A stretch of 64,000 bases of DNA, from positions 32,001-96,000 of IMG/VR virus record IMGVR_UViG_3300020577_004340. One strand, 5' to 3'. Source of the stretch: a virus (lineage: Duplodnaviria > Caudoviricetes). Position numbers and translations under genes: made by a program. The notes under the pieces are model-generated. The model was not told the DNA's origin and searched no databases. It saw only the letters and a program-made list of their open reading frames with translations. Numbering within the stretch: the first letter of the stretch is position 1; each line of letters begins with the position of its first letter. Of this stretch, positions 9,499-18,527 are shown piece by piece.

Positions 9499-9690
9499 AT
9501 GATAAAAGTATATATCCCACTAGCAGAAGTGAATCAAGTTATCCGTAGTGATAGTTATATTCCAACTGCCGTATATCTAGTAAACGATAAACCACAATAT
9601 ACAGAATTAGTTGAAATGACAATTCCATATAATAAATGGGAGAGTTGGTCAAAAAATATTCAAAATAAAAGAATGAAATTATGGGATTAG
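9499..9690 (+). CDS. hypothetical protein
   Basis: Coupled ORF. Confidence 0.5.
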   Translation: MIKVYIPLAEVNQVIRSDSYIPTAVYLVNDKPQYTELVEMTIPYNKWESWSKNIQNKRMKLWD

Positions 9691-9893
9691 AACCAGGTAA
9701 TTTAATATTAATATCATTAAACAATCTATGTGACAAAATCAAACAGAAAATATTATCAGCCGATAATAGAAATACTGGTATAATAGAATATATAGATTAT
9801 AATACTAATTTAGTTGATGTTAAAATTAATAGACCGACAACAACTTTACCAATTATTGTAGAGGTTCCACTAGATAATATCATTCCTATTTAA
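9681..9893 (+). CDS. hypothetical protein (possibly SH3/KOW-like)
   Basis: Coupled ORF; G.I..ID....VDV pattern. Confidence 0.45.
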   Translation: MGLEPGNLILISLNNLCDKIKQKILSADNRNTGIIEYIDYNTNLVDVKINRPTTTLPIIVEVPLDNIIPI

Positions 9894-9995
9894 AATTAAG
9901 TATTTATAGTGAATGAGTACCTGTAATACAATAACTTTTTATAATAAATAATATACTTAACTATTAATAAAATTACGTTAGAACTAAAATAAAAT

Positions 9996-10646
9996 ATGGA
10001 ACGAAATCTTCAGTTATTGGAATATGATAATATTCAAATACGTCACCCATTGACGAAAAAAATGGTTACATTATACAGAATAATTGCATTATATACATTT
10101 AAAATTAATGATTTTCACATTGAGAAACATCAGATAGGCGGTTATGTTCAATCCATTGATAATATCGATATGAATACGTTGAATTGGGTTGATGGTAAAT
10201 CAAAAATCTTTGATTCGGCTGTAATAAAGAATGGTACTGTCACTTTACATAATTCACTGGTATTTGGAAATGCGATTGTGAGTGATTCGGTTGTTGCAAA
10301 TTATGCTAGAGTATATGGTAATACAGTAGTTGAATCGACTTTAGTAAATGATTTATCGGAAATTAGAGGTAATGCAAAAGTAACGAATTCTACATTGTAT
10401 AATTCAACACTTATATTCGAAGATGCTGTGGTATCAAATACGGAATTGCATACTGGCTCCAATATTAGGGGTAAAACGAATGTAACAGATTCTTTTTTAT
10501 ATGATACTGCCGAAATTAGCGGAACAGCTATTTGTGTTGGATGTAAATTAACGGGTGCTGCATTATTTAAAGAGGGTGAACATATTAATGAATTGCAAGA
10601 CAGAACATCTAATTTGCGATTTATAGACCCAGTAAATAAAGAGTAA
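9996..10646 (+). CDS. hexapeptide/beta-helix repeat protein
   Basis: LYRIIAL...GGYV head followed by VFGNAIV/VYGNTVV/IRGNAKV repeats. Confidence 0.7.
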   Translation: MERNLQLLEYDNIQIRHPLTKKMVTLYRIIALYTFKINDFHIEKHQIGGYVQSIDNIDMNTLNWVDGKSKIFDSAVIKNGTVTLHNSLVFGNAIVSDSVVANYARVYGNTVVESTLVNDLSEIRGNAKVTNSTLYNSTLIFEDAVVSNTELHTGSNIRGKTNVTDSFLYDTAEISGTAICVGCKLTGAALFKEGEHINELQDRTSNLRFIDPVNKE

Positions 10647-11140
10647 TGAGTTATTCATTATTCAAGACAGAAATAATGGCATTAACTGGAATGCAACATG
10701 TTTCCAGAATCCAATTTGCCCAGACTGTTGGAAATGCTTATAATAATTTAGTGTTACGATGTTTCGAAACATTATCTGGCGGTGGGCAATTTCTGGCAGC
10801 TGCTGGTGGTGTAGGAGCTTTAATTAATGGAATACATTCAATTACCGAACAAAATCTACAACAGCACAATAACATTGATTTTTTTAATCAAATAGCTCCA
10901 TTTATATACACATATTGGGCAGGTCAACCATGTATTGGTCCATTAGGCGTGGTTACAGTTACGTCGCCAGGTACATTTCAAGGTCCAATAGTTCCACAAA
11001 ATTTCGATGCTACTATTTTTATAAATATTTTTCAAGGGGTAGTGGCCACCCATTTACTAACCTTACAAGGAACATATTTAAATTCAATAACAGGCGTTAC
11101 TACTCCATGGAGTGGGGCGACATTGATGACAACTCCATAG
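10646..11140 (+). CDS. hypothetical, probably virion protein
   Basis: YWAG...VTSPG...HL.TLQG...PW.G; composition resembles structural proteins. Confidence 0.5.
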   Translation: MSYSLFKTEIMALTGMQHVSRIQFAQTVGNAYNNLVLRCFETLSGGGQFLAAAGGVGALINGIHSITEQNLQQHNNIDFFNQIAPFIYTYWAGQPCIGPLGVVTVTSPGTFQGPIVPQNFDATIFINIFQGVVATHLLTLQGTYLNSITGVTTPWSGATLMTTP

Positions 11141-11143
11141 ATT

Positions 11144-11338
11144 ATGACTAAACCAACATTTCCGGAAAACAGTCCATTTTCATATGATGTATTGACGACA
11201 TATTCAATAAAGAAGTTGAAAAGAATGCAGGAAGATGAGAAAAAATCATCGGGTACATTCGTATGGTATATGTATCCATGTAATATTAAGAAATTATTGG
11301 AATATATTATTTGGGAAAAAACTGAAAATATTCAATAA
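11144..11338 (+). CDS. hypothetical protein
   Basis: ORF in operon. Confidence 0.45.
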   Translation: MTKPTFPENSPFSYDVLTTYSIKKLKRMQEDEKKSSGTFVWYMYPCNIKKLLEYIIWEKTENIQ

Positions 11339-11342
11339 AAAA

Positions 11343-11374
11343 TTTGGAATGTTATTAAAGTGTACTTAACTTTG
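11343..11374 (+). promoter_or_regulatory. Bacteroidota-type promoter
   Basis: TTTG-N20-TAACTTTG. Confidence 0.75.
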
Positions 11375-11399
11375 TTGAAAATTATTAAAAACAATTATT

Positions 11400-11948
11400 A
11401 TGAAGACAATTAATATTATTTTTGTTTTATTATTATCCAATGTTATAATTGGACAGACAATGAGAGTAACATATTTCAGAGCTAAAGAAGTTAATAATAC
11501 CATTAATTTATACTGGAAGACATTTGTTGAAGATGGTACTGATACATTCAAGATTTATAAATCAATTAATTCGGGGGAATGTGATTATTCCGAGGATAAT
11601 TGGGAATTGATAACTAAAATATCCAATACCAACACTAAAGATGGGGATTATTATAATATTAGTACTACAAGAATTGTTGGTAAACAATATTATAGGTTAG
11701 TTTGGGGGCAATATAAAACTAAATTATATTCATACACAAATCTTAAAGACACGAATGAAATTCCTTTAGTGTATTGTTATGATAACGTTATACATGTACC
11801 CAACATAGACCGTATATTTAATGTATATAATGTAAATAATCAATTGGTGTTGACTAATGTTCAAGACGGGCAATCAATAGAAAATTTGCCAAGTGGTATA
11901 TATATTATTACAGACGATAACAATAGTTATAAAATTATTAAGAGGTAA
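11400..11948 (+). CDS. secreted protein with T9SS type A C-terminal sorting-like domain
   Basis: Signal peptide ending IIG-Q; Ig-like F.A......L.W.T..E....F.I.KS...YYRL; C-terminal VYN..NQLV...ENLPSGIYII......KIIKR. Confidence 0.7.
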   Translation: MKTINIIFVLLLSNVIIGQTMRVTYFRAKEVNNTINLYWKTFVEDGTDTFKIYKSINSGECDYSEDNWELITKISNTNTKDGDYYNISTTRIVGKQYYRLVWGQYKTKLYSYTNLKDTNEIPLVYCYDNVIHVPNIDRIFNVYNVNNQLVLTNVQDGQSIENLPSGIYIITDDNNSYKIIKR

Positions 11949-11949
11949 T

Positions 11950-12681
11950 ATGCCAAAAGTAGATTATGCAGAGTATAAAACGATAAAAGATAAAGTAGTT
12001 GCTAAGGTTACTAAGCAAGGAGCATCTGCATTTACAAAATTAGCCAAACAATATGAAGAATTAGATAAAGAATTATCTATACTTGAGGCAAAAAAGAGAG
12101 AATTAAACGAATTCCAAAATTCAGTTAAGGACAAAGAATCGTCTTTAAAATCTCAAATTCGGGAAAAAATTCAATCGGTTTTCGATGAATCTGAACAAGC
12201 AATGACATTGACTGTTGAATGTTTAGGTTCGGCATTCACGTTATCCAAAGAAACTGAAAATAATAGAGAAAAGGTGATTACAAAATCAGGAGAAATAATT
12301 TCAACTGATTATCAAAAGGTAATTAATCTACTTCTTGAACAAACTCCCGAACTTAAATCGACGATTGATTTGTTGATTAAGAAAGCAAGTGTTATAGCTG
12401 AAAATGATATAACAAAGGCAGGAACAGCACGTGGAGTTAGAATTAGTGCAATTGAATCTATTGTGACTGAAGGTATATGGGATAAAATTACATCAATAGC
12501 GAATAAAATTAGTTCTAAATTAATGGGATTATTTTCAGCATTGACAAATAGACAGAAAAAAATTAATATATTATTGGGTAATCTTAAAGAATCAAAGAAC
12601 GAAAAACCAATTATGTTAAATAAACGTGAGAAAGAATTAGTAAAAGAATATGCTAGAAAAATAATAGAAAAACGTAAATAA
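11950..12681 (+). CDS. coiled-coil hypothetical protein (likely start 11950)
   Basis: GAGGT SD before ATG 11950. Confidence 0.6.
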   Translation: MPKVDYAEYKTIKDKVVAKVTKQGASAFTKLAKQYEELDKELSILEAKKRELNEFQNSVKDKESSLKSQIREKIQSVFDESEQAMTLTVECLGSAFTLSKETENNREKVITKSGEIISTDYQKVINLLLEQTPELKSTIDLLIKKASVIAENDITKAGTARGVRISAIESIVTEGIWDKITSIANKISSKLMGLFSALTNRQKKINILLGNLKESKNEKPIMLNKREKELVKEYARKIIEKRK

Positions 12682-12687
12682 AAATTC

Positions 12688-12945
12688 ATGAAAATAACAA
12701 ATCTCTTAACAATAGCTATTTTCGTTTCGTGTAGCTATTTAATTTTAAACCAATTTGGTTGTACCCCTGGAAATTGTGGATGTGATGAAAAGAAAGAGGT
12801 AATCACAAAAGCAGAAATAGACACAATACCTAATACTGTTGACACAGTAGTAGACAATGTTTCAGAAATTAATGATACTTTAATTGTATCAAAAAAATTA
12901 AAACATTTAAAAATGAAAATTGTTATACCTTACAGATACCAATAA
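12688..12945 (+). CDS. small membrane-anchored or exported protein
   Basis: Hydrophobic N-terminus with a Cys cluster. Confidence 0.5.
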   Translation: MKITNLLTIAIFVSCSYLILNQFGCTPGNCGCDEKKEVITKAEIDTIPNTVDTVVDNVSEINDTLIVSKKLKHLKMKIVIPYRYQ

Positions 12946-12954
12946 AGGAGTTGA

Positions 12955-13587
12955 ATGGCGAAATATAAAGTGCCAAAAGTTACCATTCCATTATGTGTTG
13001 AGCAAATAGCTGCAAAAGAATTAGTTATTACTAAACCAGTAAGCTTTTTAACTGGTAAACCTGGAACAGGTAAAACATGGCTAGCATGCCATATTGCATT
13101 ATCTTTACTAAATGTAGATAAAGATAAAATTATAATTACCAGACCAACTGTTGGTACTGAAGATAATGGGTTCATTCCAGGGGATATTAATGAAAAATTA
13201 GACCCATGGATGGTACCAATTAGAGATAATATTCGGAAATTAGTTGGAACTGAAACCTTACAAAAATTGGAATCGGATTTAAAACTTCAATTAGTATCAC
13301 TCCAACATTTCAGGGGTAGAACATTTGAAAATTCAGTTTGTATAGTAGATGAATTTCAGAATTTAAAGTGTAAACAATTGGCTATGGTGATTGGGCGTTT
13401 GGGAGTAAATTCAATGATGATATTATGTGGAGATGGTCGCCAGATCGATGTAGCTGGAGGATTATCAAAATCAGCATTTTCTAAAATGGAATTGTTAAGA
13501 CAATCAAAACATGTTAATATAATTGATTTACAAGAAAATCACAGACTGCCAGAATTGTTTGAAATATTGGAATTGTTAGATGAGTAA
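12955..13587 (+). CDS. phoH: PhoH family ATPase
   Basis: GKPGTGKT, IITRP, GFIPGD..EK..PW, RGRTF, DEFQN, RLG..S..ILCGD..QID. Confidence 0.92.
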   Translation: MAKYKVPKVTIPLCVEQIAAKELVITKPVSFLTGKPGTGKTWLACHIALSLLNVDKDKIIITRPTVGTEDNGFIPGDINEKLDPWMVPIRDNIRKLVGTETLQKLESDLKLQLVSLQHFRGRTFENSVCIVDEFQNLKCKQLAMVIGRLGVNSMMILCGDGRQIDVAGGLSKSAFSKMELLRQSKHVNIIDLQENHRLPELFEILELLDE

Positions 13588-14416
13588 TAAAATTCCATTT
13601 TCGCGAACACCAATTGCAGAGCCTAAAGATAGCAATAGAGCAATGGATATTAGACGGGATACCGATATATTCAACATCCCGTCTATTACTATCTATGATA
13701 TTGACTTCGCTGTATTATGGCACTTACAAAATAAAATTAGACCACAAATAACTGACAACGGTAGAATAATTGATGTTCCAATCATAATGGATAATGGAGA
13801 AAAATGGTCACAGATACAAGATTTTGGATTTCTCCGTGATAAAGATGGGAAGGTTCAATCACCATTAATTACATTAAGACGTACTACTTTTATAGCAGAC
13901 GACCGTATTCCAAAATTAGATTTACCTAATATATCATCTACAAACGATGCAGGTGATATTAACTCCAACAATGTATTAATCTATACGAGTAATAGACAAA
14001 AGAATAATCAATATGATTTTTTAAATGAATTACAAAACACGAAAAAGTCAATTGAATATTATGTTACAGTACTTCCAGAATATGTTAGAGTATCATATGA
14101 ATTGATGATATGGACTGATATGGTTGAACAATGTAATAAAATTATTGAATTAATTTGGCCACAATCTAGATGTCCATGGGGAGATTCATTGACATTCACA
14201 ACATATGTATTAGACCCAACATTTGAAGTGGTTAATACACTAGGTGAAGATAGATTGGTACGGTGTACAGTTGGTTTAGAAACGGCTGGACAGATACAGC
14301 AACAATATGAATTAAGACAATCAAACATTCGAAAAGCATATTCCAATAAAAGAATTGTGTTTCAAAATGACCGTTCTCAATATGACTTGAATGTCGACCA
14401 AGAATTTCCAATTTAA
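13580..14416 (+). CDS. tail terminator/sheath stabilizer (gp15-like)
   Basis: VPII...EKW, P.Y....YEL.IWT...EQ.N.I.E.I; directly before the sheath gene. Confidence 0.6.
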   Translation: MSNKIPFSRTPIAEPKDSNRAMDIRRDTDIFNIPSITIYDIDFAVLWHLQNKIRPQITDNGRIIDVPIIMDNGEKWSQIQDFGFLRDKDGKVQSPLITLRRTTFIADDRIPKLDLPNISSTNDAGDINSNNVLIYTSNRQKNNQYDFLNELQNTKKSIEYYVTVLPEYVRVSYELMIWTDMVEQCNKIIELIWPQSRCPWGDSLTFTTYVLDPTFEVVNTLGEDRLVRCTVGLETAGQIQQQYELRQSNIRKAYSNKRIVFQNDRSQYDLNVDQEFPI

Positions 14417-14450
14417 TATCTAAAAAATGTACGTTTAGAAAAAACCTTTT

Positions 14451-14459
14451 ATATTTATA
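14451..14459 (+). promoter_or_regulatory. candidate late promoter ATATTTATA
   Basis: Context nearly identical to the 4423 copy. Confidence 0.5.
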
Positions 14460-14491
14460 TAAACAGTATAATTAATTAAAGGTTTTAAACA

Positions 14492-16315
14492 ATGGGAAAA
14501 AGTACATTTTTATCAGCTGGTGTTTATACAAGGGAATTTGATTTATCATTTTTACCAGCAGACACACCAGCAGTAGGTGCCGCAGTAATAGGCCCAACAG
14601 CAAGAGGTCCAGCGATGGTACCGACTACCATATCAACATATTCAGAATATCTTAGATGGTTTGGTGATGTATTTAGTTCAGGTTCAGGAGCAAACGAACA
14701 GGAATATAAATATTTAACTTCATATTCAATTCAAGAATATTTACGTTGGGGAGAAACAGCTACCGTAGTTAGAATATTAGCAGGTAATTATCAACCAGCG
14801 TATAGCAATGTAATATCTTCAGCATCATTAGCTGCAAATTTACATGCAACCACAGACATGGCATTTACTTTGTATGCTTTAACTGATGGTGAAATTACTA
14901 ATTCAGGCCAGAATTCAGCTGCAATAAGTGGGTCTGGAATTTCTGGTGATGAAACAATTTCAGGGTCATTGGCATCTGGATCAAAATATAATATTAGATG
15001 GGAAGTAGCTAATATTGATAACAATCGTGGAACATTTGATGTATATATCAGACGTGGAGATGATTCCAGTAATAGAAAAATTATATTAGAATCATTTGTA
15101 GGTGTATCTTTAGATCCAAATACATCCAACTATATTGGAAAGGTAATAGGCGACCAGACTTACGCATTAAGATATGATTCATCTGGAGAACCTTATTTAC
15201 AGCCAAGTGGTTCGAATTTAAACCGTTCTAGATTTGTTAGATGTCAAGTTAATAAGAAGACTTTAAATTATTTGAACAATGATGGTGGTATAAGAGATGC
15301 ATCACTTTCAGGTTCGTTGCCAATAGCATGTTCTGGAACATTTGGTGCTGGAAATGATGGAAACGTGGCTCATCCAAGAGCAATGTACACTGATATCTGG
15401 AATTTAAATACACAAGGGTTTAACCTAGCATCGTCTTCATATGGACAAACAGCATACGAAGATGCAATAGACATATTATCAAATAAAGACCAATACGATT
15501 TTGACTTATTAGTGACACCAGGTTTAATTGACAACTTAGAAGACCATGCTAAAGTTATCACGAAAGCAATTAACATGGTTGAAGATAGAGGCGATTGTTT
15601 CTATATAATTGACCCTACATACTTTGGTTCAACTGTTGGTCAAGCTAGAATGGCATCAGAGGCAAGAAACACTAATTATGCATCATATTACTATCCATGG
15701 GTTCAAGTTGCAGACGCTGATTTAGGCGGACCAAAATGGGTTCCACCATCTGCAATGTTACCAGGCGTAATCGCATTTAATGATTATGCATCAGAGAAAT
15801 GGTATGCTCCAGCTGGATTAAATCGTGGTGGATTGGATACTGTATTGCAAACTGAAAGGTTTATGACACAAAATGATAGAGATAATTTATATCAAAAATC
15901 AATCAATCCAATTGCAACGTTCCCTAGAGAAGGTGTAGTTGTTTGGGGGCAAAAAACATTACAGAAGAAAAGAAGTGCCTTAGACCGTGTTAATGTTAGA
16001 CGATTGTTAATCGCTGCAAAAAGGCATGTTACTATAATTGGGCGACAAATTGTATTTGAGCAAAATACGAGAGAAACAAGAACAAAATTCCTTAATCTAG
16101 TAAGACCTTGGTTTGAAAATTGTCGAAGAAAACAAGGATTGTATGATTTCAGAATCATCGTTGACGAAAGAAACAATACGGCGGATGTAGTTGATAGAAA
16201 TGAAATGAGATGTCAAATATTTTTAAAGCCAGCAAAAACAGCAGAATTTATAATTACAGACTTTAACATTCTACCAACTGGTGCAGCTTTCCCAATTGAT
16301 AATGATGTGAAATAA
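14492..16315 (+). CDS. tail sheath protein (gp18)
   Basis: S.GVYTRE.DLS, YYPW, VPPS, W.APAG.NRG, INPI, WGQKT, RVNVRRL, KP.KTAEFI. Confidence 0.95.
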   Translation: MGKSTFLSAGVYTREFDLSFLPADTPAVGAAVIGPTARGPAMVPTTISTYSEYLRWFGDVFSSGSGANEQEYKYLTSYSIQEYLRWGETATVVRILAGNYQPAYSNVISSASLAANLHATTDMAFTLYALTDGEITNSGQNSAAISGSGISGDETISGSLASGSKYNIRWEVANIDNNRGTFDVYIRRGDDSSNRKIILESFVGVSLDPNTSNYIGKVIGDQTYALRYDSSGEPYLQPSGSNLNRSRFVRCQVNKKTLNYLNNDGGIRDASLSGSLPIACSGTFGAGNDGNVAHPRAMYTDIWNLNTQGFNLASSSYGQTAYEDAIDILSNKDQYDFDLLVTPGLIDNLEDHAKVITKAINMVEDRGDCFYIIDPTYFGSTVGQARMASEARNTNYASYYYPWVQVADADLGGPKWVPPSAMLPGVIAFNDYASEKWYAPAGLNRGGLDTVLQTERFMTQNDRDNLYQKSINPIATFPREGVVVWGQKTLQKKRSALDRVNVRRLLIAAKRHVTIIGRQIVFEQNTRETRTKFLNLVRPWFENCRRKQGLYDFRIIVDERNNTADVVDRNEMRCQIFLKPAKTAEFIITDFNILPTGAAFPIDNDVK

Positions 16316-16356
16316 AAAATCTGGATTAATTAATATTTATAGTAAAAAGGAATAAA

Positions 16357-16818
16357 ATGATATTTACACCATTTGAACCGAAAGTTGCTTTTAGGTTCTT
16401 GTTATCAATAGATGGAATACCAGCATATTTGATGAAAGCATCTAGTATGCCTAATCTAGACAATGGGGAAATAGTAATTGATTATATAAATACAGATTTT
16501 AAAGTTAAAGGAAAATCTAGATGGCAAGATATAACAGTTACCTTATATGACCCAGTCGACCCGTCAGGTGCAACAGCAGTTCACGATTGGATTAAAATAC
16601 ACCACGATTCAGAAAGTGGGGAAGACGGTTTTGCTTTTGATGAATATAAGAAAGATATTACGATTGAAGCCCTCGACCCTCATGGTTCACCAGTTGAAAC
16701 GTGGGATATAAAGGGAGCATTTATCGGGGCATCGAATTGGGGTGACATGGATTGGAGTACTGATGAAGCCAAGACTATCGAACTAACAATTAAATACGAT
16801 TATGCCGTATTATCATAA
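16357..16818 (+). CDS. tail tube protein (gp19)
   Basis: FEPK..RF, GK..WQDIT.TLYD, YKKDI, W..KGAF, LT..YDY. Confidence 0.9.
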   Translation: MIFTPFEPKVAFRFLLSIDGIPAYLMKASSMPNLDNGEIVIDYINTDFKVKGKSRWQDITVTLYDPVDPSGATAVHDWIKIHHDSESGEDGFAFDEYKKDITIEALDPHGSPVETWDIKGAFIGASNWGDMDWSTDEAKTIELTIKYDYAVLS

Positions 16819-16841
16819 TAATTAAAAAAAGAGAAAAAATT

Positions 16842-17096
16842 ATGTCAGAAGGTTTAAAATCATTAATTAGACATGCGCTTACCTTGTTAGGTGGATTATT
16901 GACAGTTTTAGGACTTGGTAAATATTCCGGTGCATTGACTTATTTATTGGACAATTTAGATGTCCTTTGGGCATCCATCGCAGCAATAGTAGGTATCGTT
17001 ACCATGTTATATGGCTATTTTAAAGATACTACTAGATTCGCAGTTAGAACTGAAGCTGCCGCTATTAACGAAGTTAGTTCCAGTAATAGTAAGTAA
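16842..17096 (+). CDS. small two-TM membrane protein (holin-like)
   Basis: IRHALT.LGG.L motif and two hydrophobic segments. Confidence 0.55.
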   Translation: MSEGLKSLIRHALTLLGGLLTVLGLGKYSGALTYLLDNLDVLWASIAAIVGIVTMLYGYFKDTTRFAVRTEAAAINEVSSSNSK

Positions 17097-17117
17097 TTTG
17101 TATTAACATGAAGAATG

Positions 17118-17152
17118 AAAGCTCTATCAAAAAGTTGGTAGGGCTTTTTTTT
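17118..17152 (+). terminator. intrinsic terminator
   Basis: GCTCTATCAA-AAAG-TTGGTAGGGC hairpin plus T8. Confidence 0.8.
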
Positions 17153-17205
17153 GTCGTTTCTATATATTTATATATGAATACAAATTTTAAAATAAAATTA
17201 TTGAT

Positions 17206-18006
17206 ATGGAATCTAAACTTATTAAAGACAGACAAACACCGGGTGAATATAAATACCCGACGGAATTAGTTAATTTACCATCAAAGGGGTTATTATATCC
17301 AGATGGTCATCCTCTACGTGATGGAGTCATTGAAGTAAAATACATGACAACAAAGGAGGAAGATATATTGTCAACACAATCATACATTAAAAATGGAGTG
17401 GTGTTAGATAAATTATTTGAGTCGCTTATTGTTACTAAATGTAATTACTCGGATTTATTGATTGGTGACAAAAATGCAGTTATGTTGGCAGCTAGAATTT
17501 ATGGGTATGGCCCAGAATATAACACAACTGTTATGTCAACGATTAGCAATAAACCAATTCCAATTACCATTAATTTAATGGAGGTGCCTCACAAAGAGTT
17601 AGACGAAACTCTTATAACACCAGGAATAAATAAATTTACATTTGTTACACCACGTGGTAAAAATGTATTGGAATTTAAATGTTTAACTGTTAAAGACCAG
17701 AAATATATTGAAACTACTTCAAATGAAGTTAAGAAGAAATTAGGTGTTAATAGAGCAGACGCAACATTTACAAATACTTTAAAAAGAATGATTGTAAGTG
17801 TTGATGGTGAAACTGACGAAGGCGTGATTTCAAATTATGTTAATAATATGTTGGCAATTGATTCGAGAGCATTTAGAGAATACTTCGGAAAAATTCAACC
17901 CGATATTAATTTAGAAGTGGAAGTGGAGGACCCAGATTCCGGAGAAACCTTTCGTGGTAACTTCGAAATTGGAATGGATTTCTTCTGGCCAGATTACAAA
18001 GGGTAA
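17206..18006 (+). CDS. baseplate hub/tail assembly chaperone (gp26-like)
   Basis: V.LPSKG..Y, MT.KEEDIL, LL.GD.NA....ARI..YG..Y, terminal DFFWP. Confidence 0.75.
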   Translation: MESKLIKDRQTPGEYKYPTELVNLPSKGLLYPDGHPLRDGVIEVKYMTTKEEDILSTQSYIKNGVVLDKLFESLIVTKCNYSDLLIGDKNAVMLAARIYGYGPEYNTTVMSTISNKPIPITINLMEVPHKELDETLITPGINKFTFVTPRGKNVLEFKCLTVKDQKYIETTSNEVKKKLGVNRADATFTNTLKRMIVSVDGETDEGVISNYVNNMLAIDSRAFREYFGKIQPDINLEVEVEDPDSGETFRGNFEIGMDFFWPDYKG

Positions 18007-18250
18007 ATTATTACGAACACGAATTAATCTAGAATTAAATCACGATTTTTTCGGAGTTACTTTTGAATATAAAGAAAAATTACACGCTCAGATATTTGAT
18101 TTTTTATATAGGTCTAAAGGTGGATTTACATATACTGATGTCTATAAGATGCCAATATCGATTAGGACAATGTATATGAATAGGTTAGCTAAATATATAG
18201 AAGAAGAAATAGAAGAGATGAAAAAGGCTAAGAAGAAGAAACGTGGATAG
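17954..18250 (+). CDS. small tail/baseplate assembly protein (chaperone C-terminal part)
   Basis: GGF...DVY.MP...R..Y motif; overlaps the previous gene in the +1 frame. Confidence 0.6.
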   Translation: MVTSKLEWISSGQITKGKLLRTRINLELNHDFFGVTFEYKEKLHAQIFDFLYRSKGGFTYTDVYKMPISIRTMYMNRLAKYIEEEIEEMKKAKKKKRG

Positions 18251-18282
18251 TATTATATATATTTAGATAAGGCTATTCATAT

Positions 18283-18525
18283 ATGAATTCAAATAAAATT
18301 ATACAATTTCAGGAAAATATATTAAACAATATCGTTAAGATACTTGCGATACCTGACATCAAAAAGAAGCTTTCCAAAGTAGAATTGATGTGTGATGAAG
18401 ACCCAACTCTTAAGAGTAAATTCCAGGAGTTGGATTTTCATTACAAAGACTTAGAAAAACAACTTAAATTCTTCTGCATTAATAACATAGATTCGTATTT
18501 ATGTAAAGATTACAAAGGTAAATAA
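18283..18525 (+). CDS. hypothetical protein
   Basis: ORF before the tape measure gene. Confidence 0.5.
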   Translation: MNSNKIIQFQENILNNIVKILAIPDIKKKLSKVELMCDEDPTLKSKFQELDFHYKDLEKQLKFFCINNIDSYLCKDYKGK

Positions 18526-18527
18526 TA

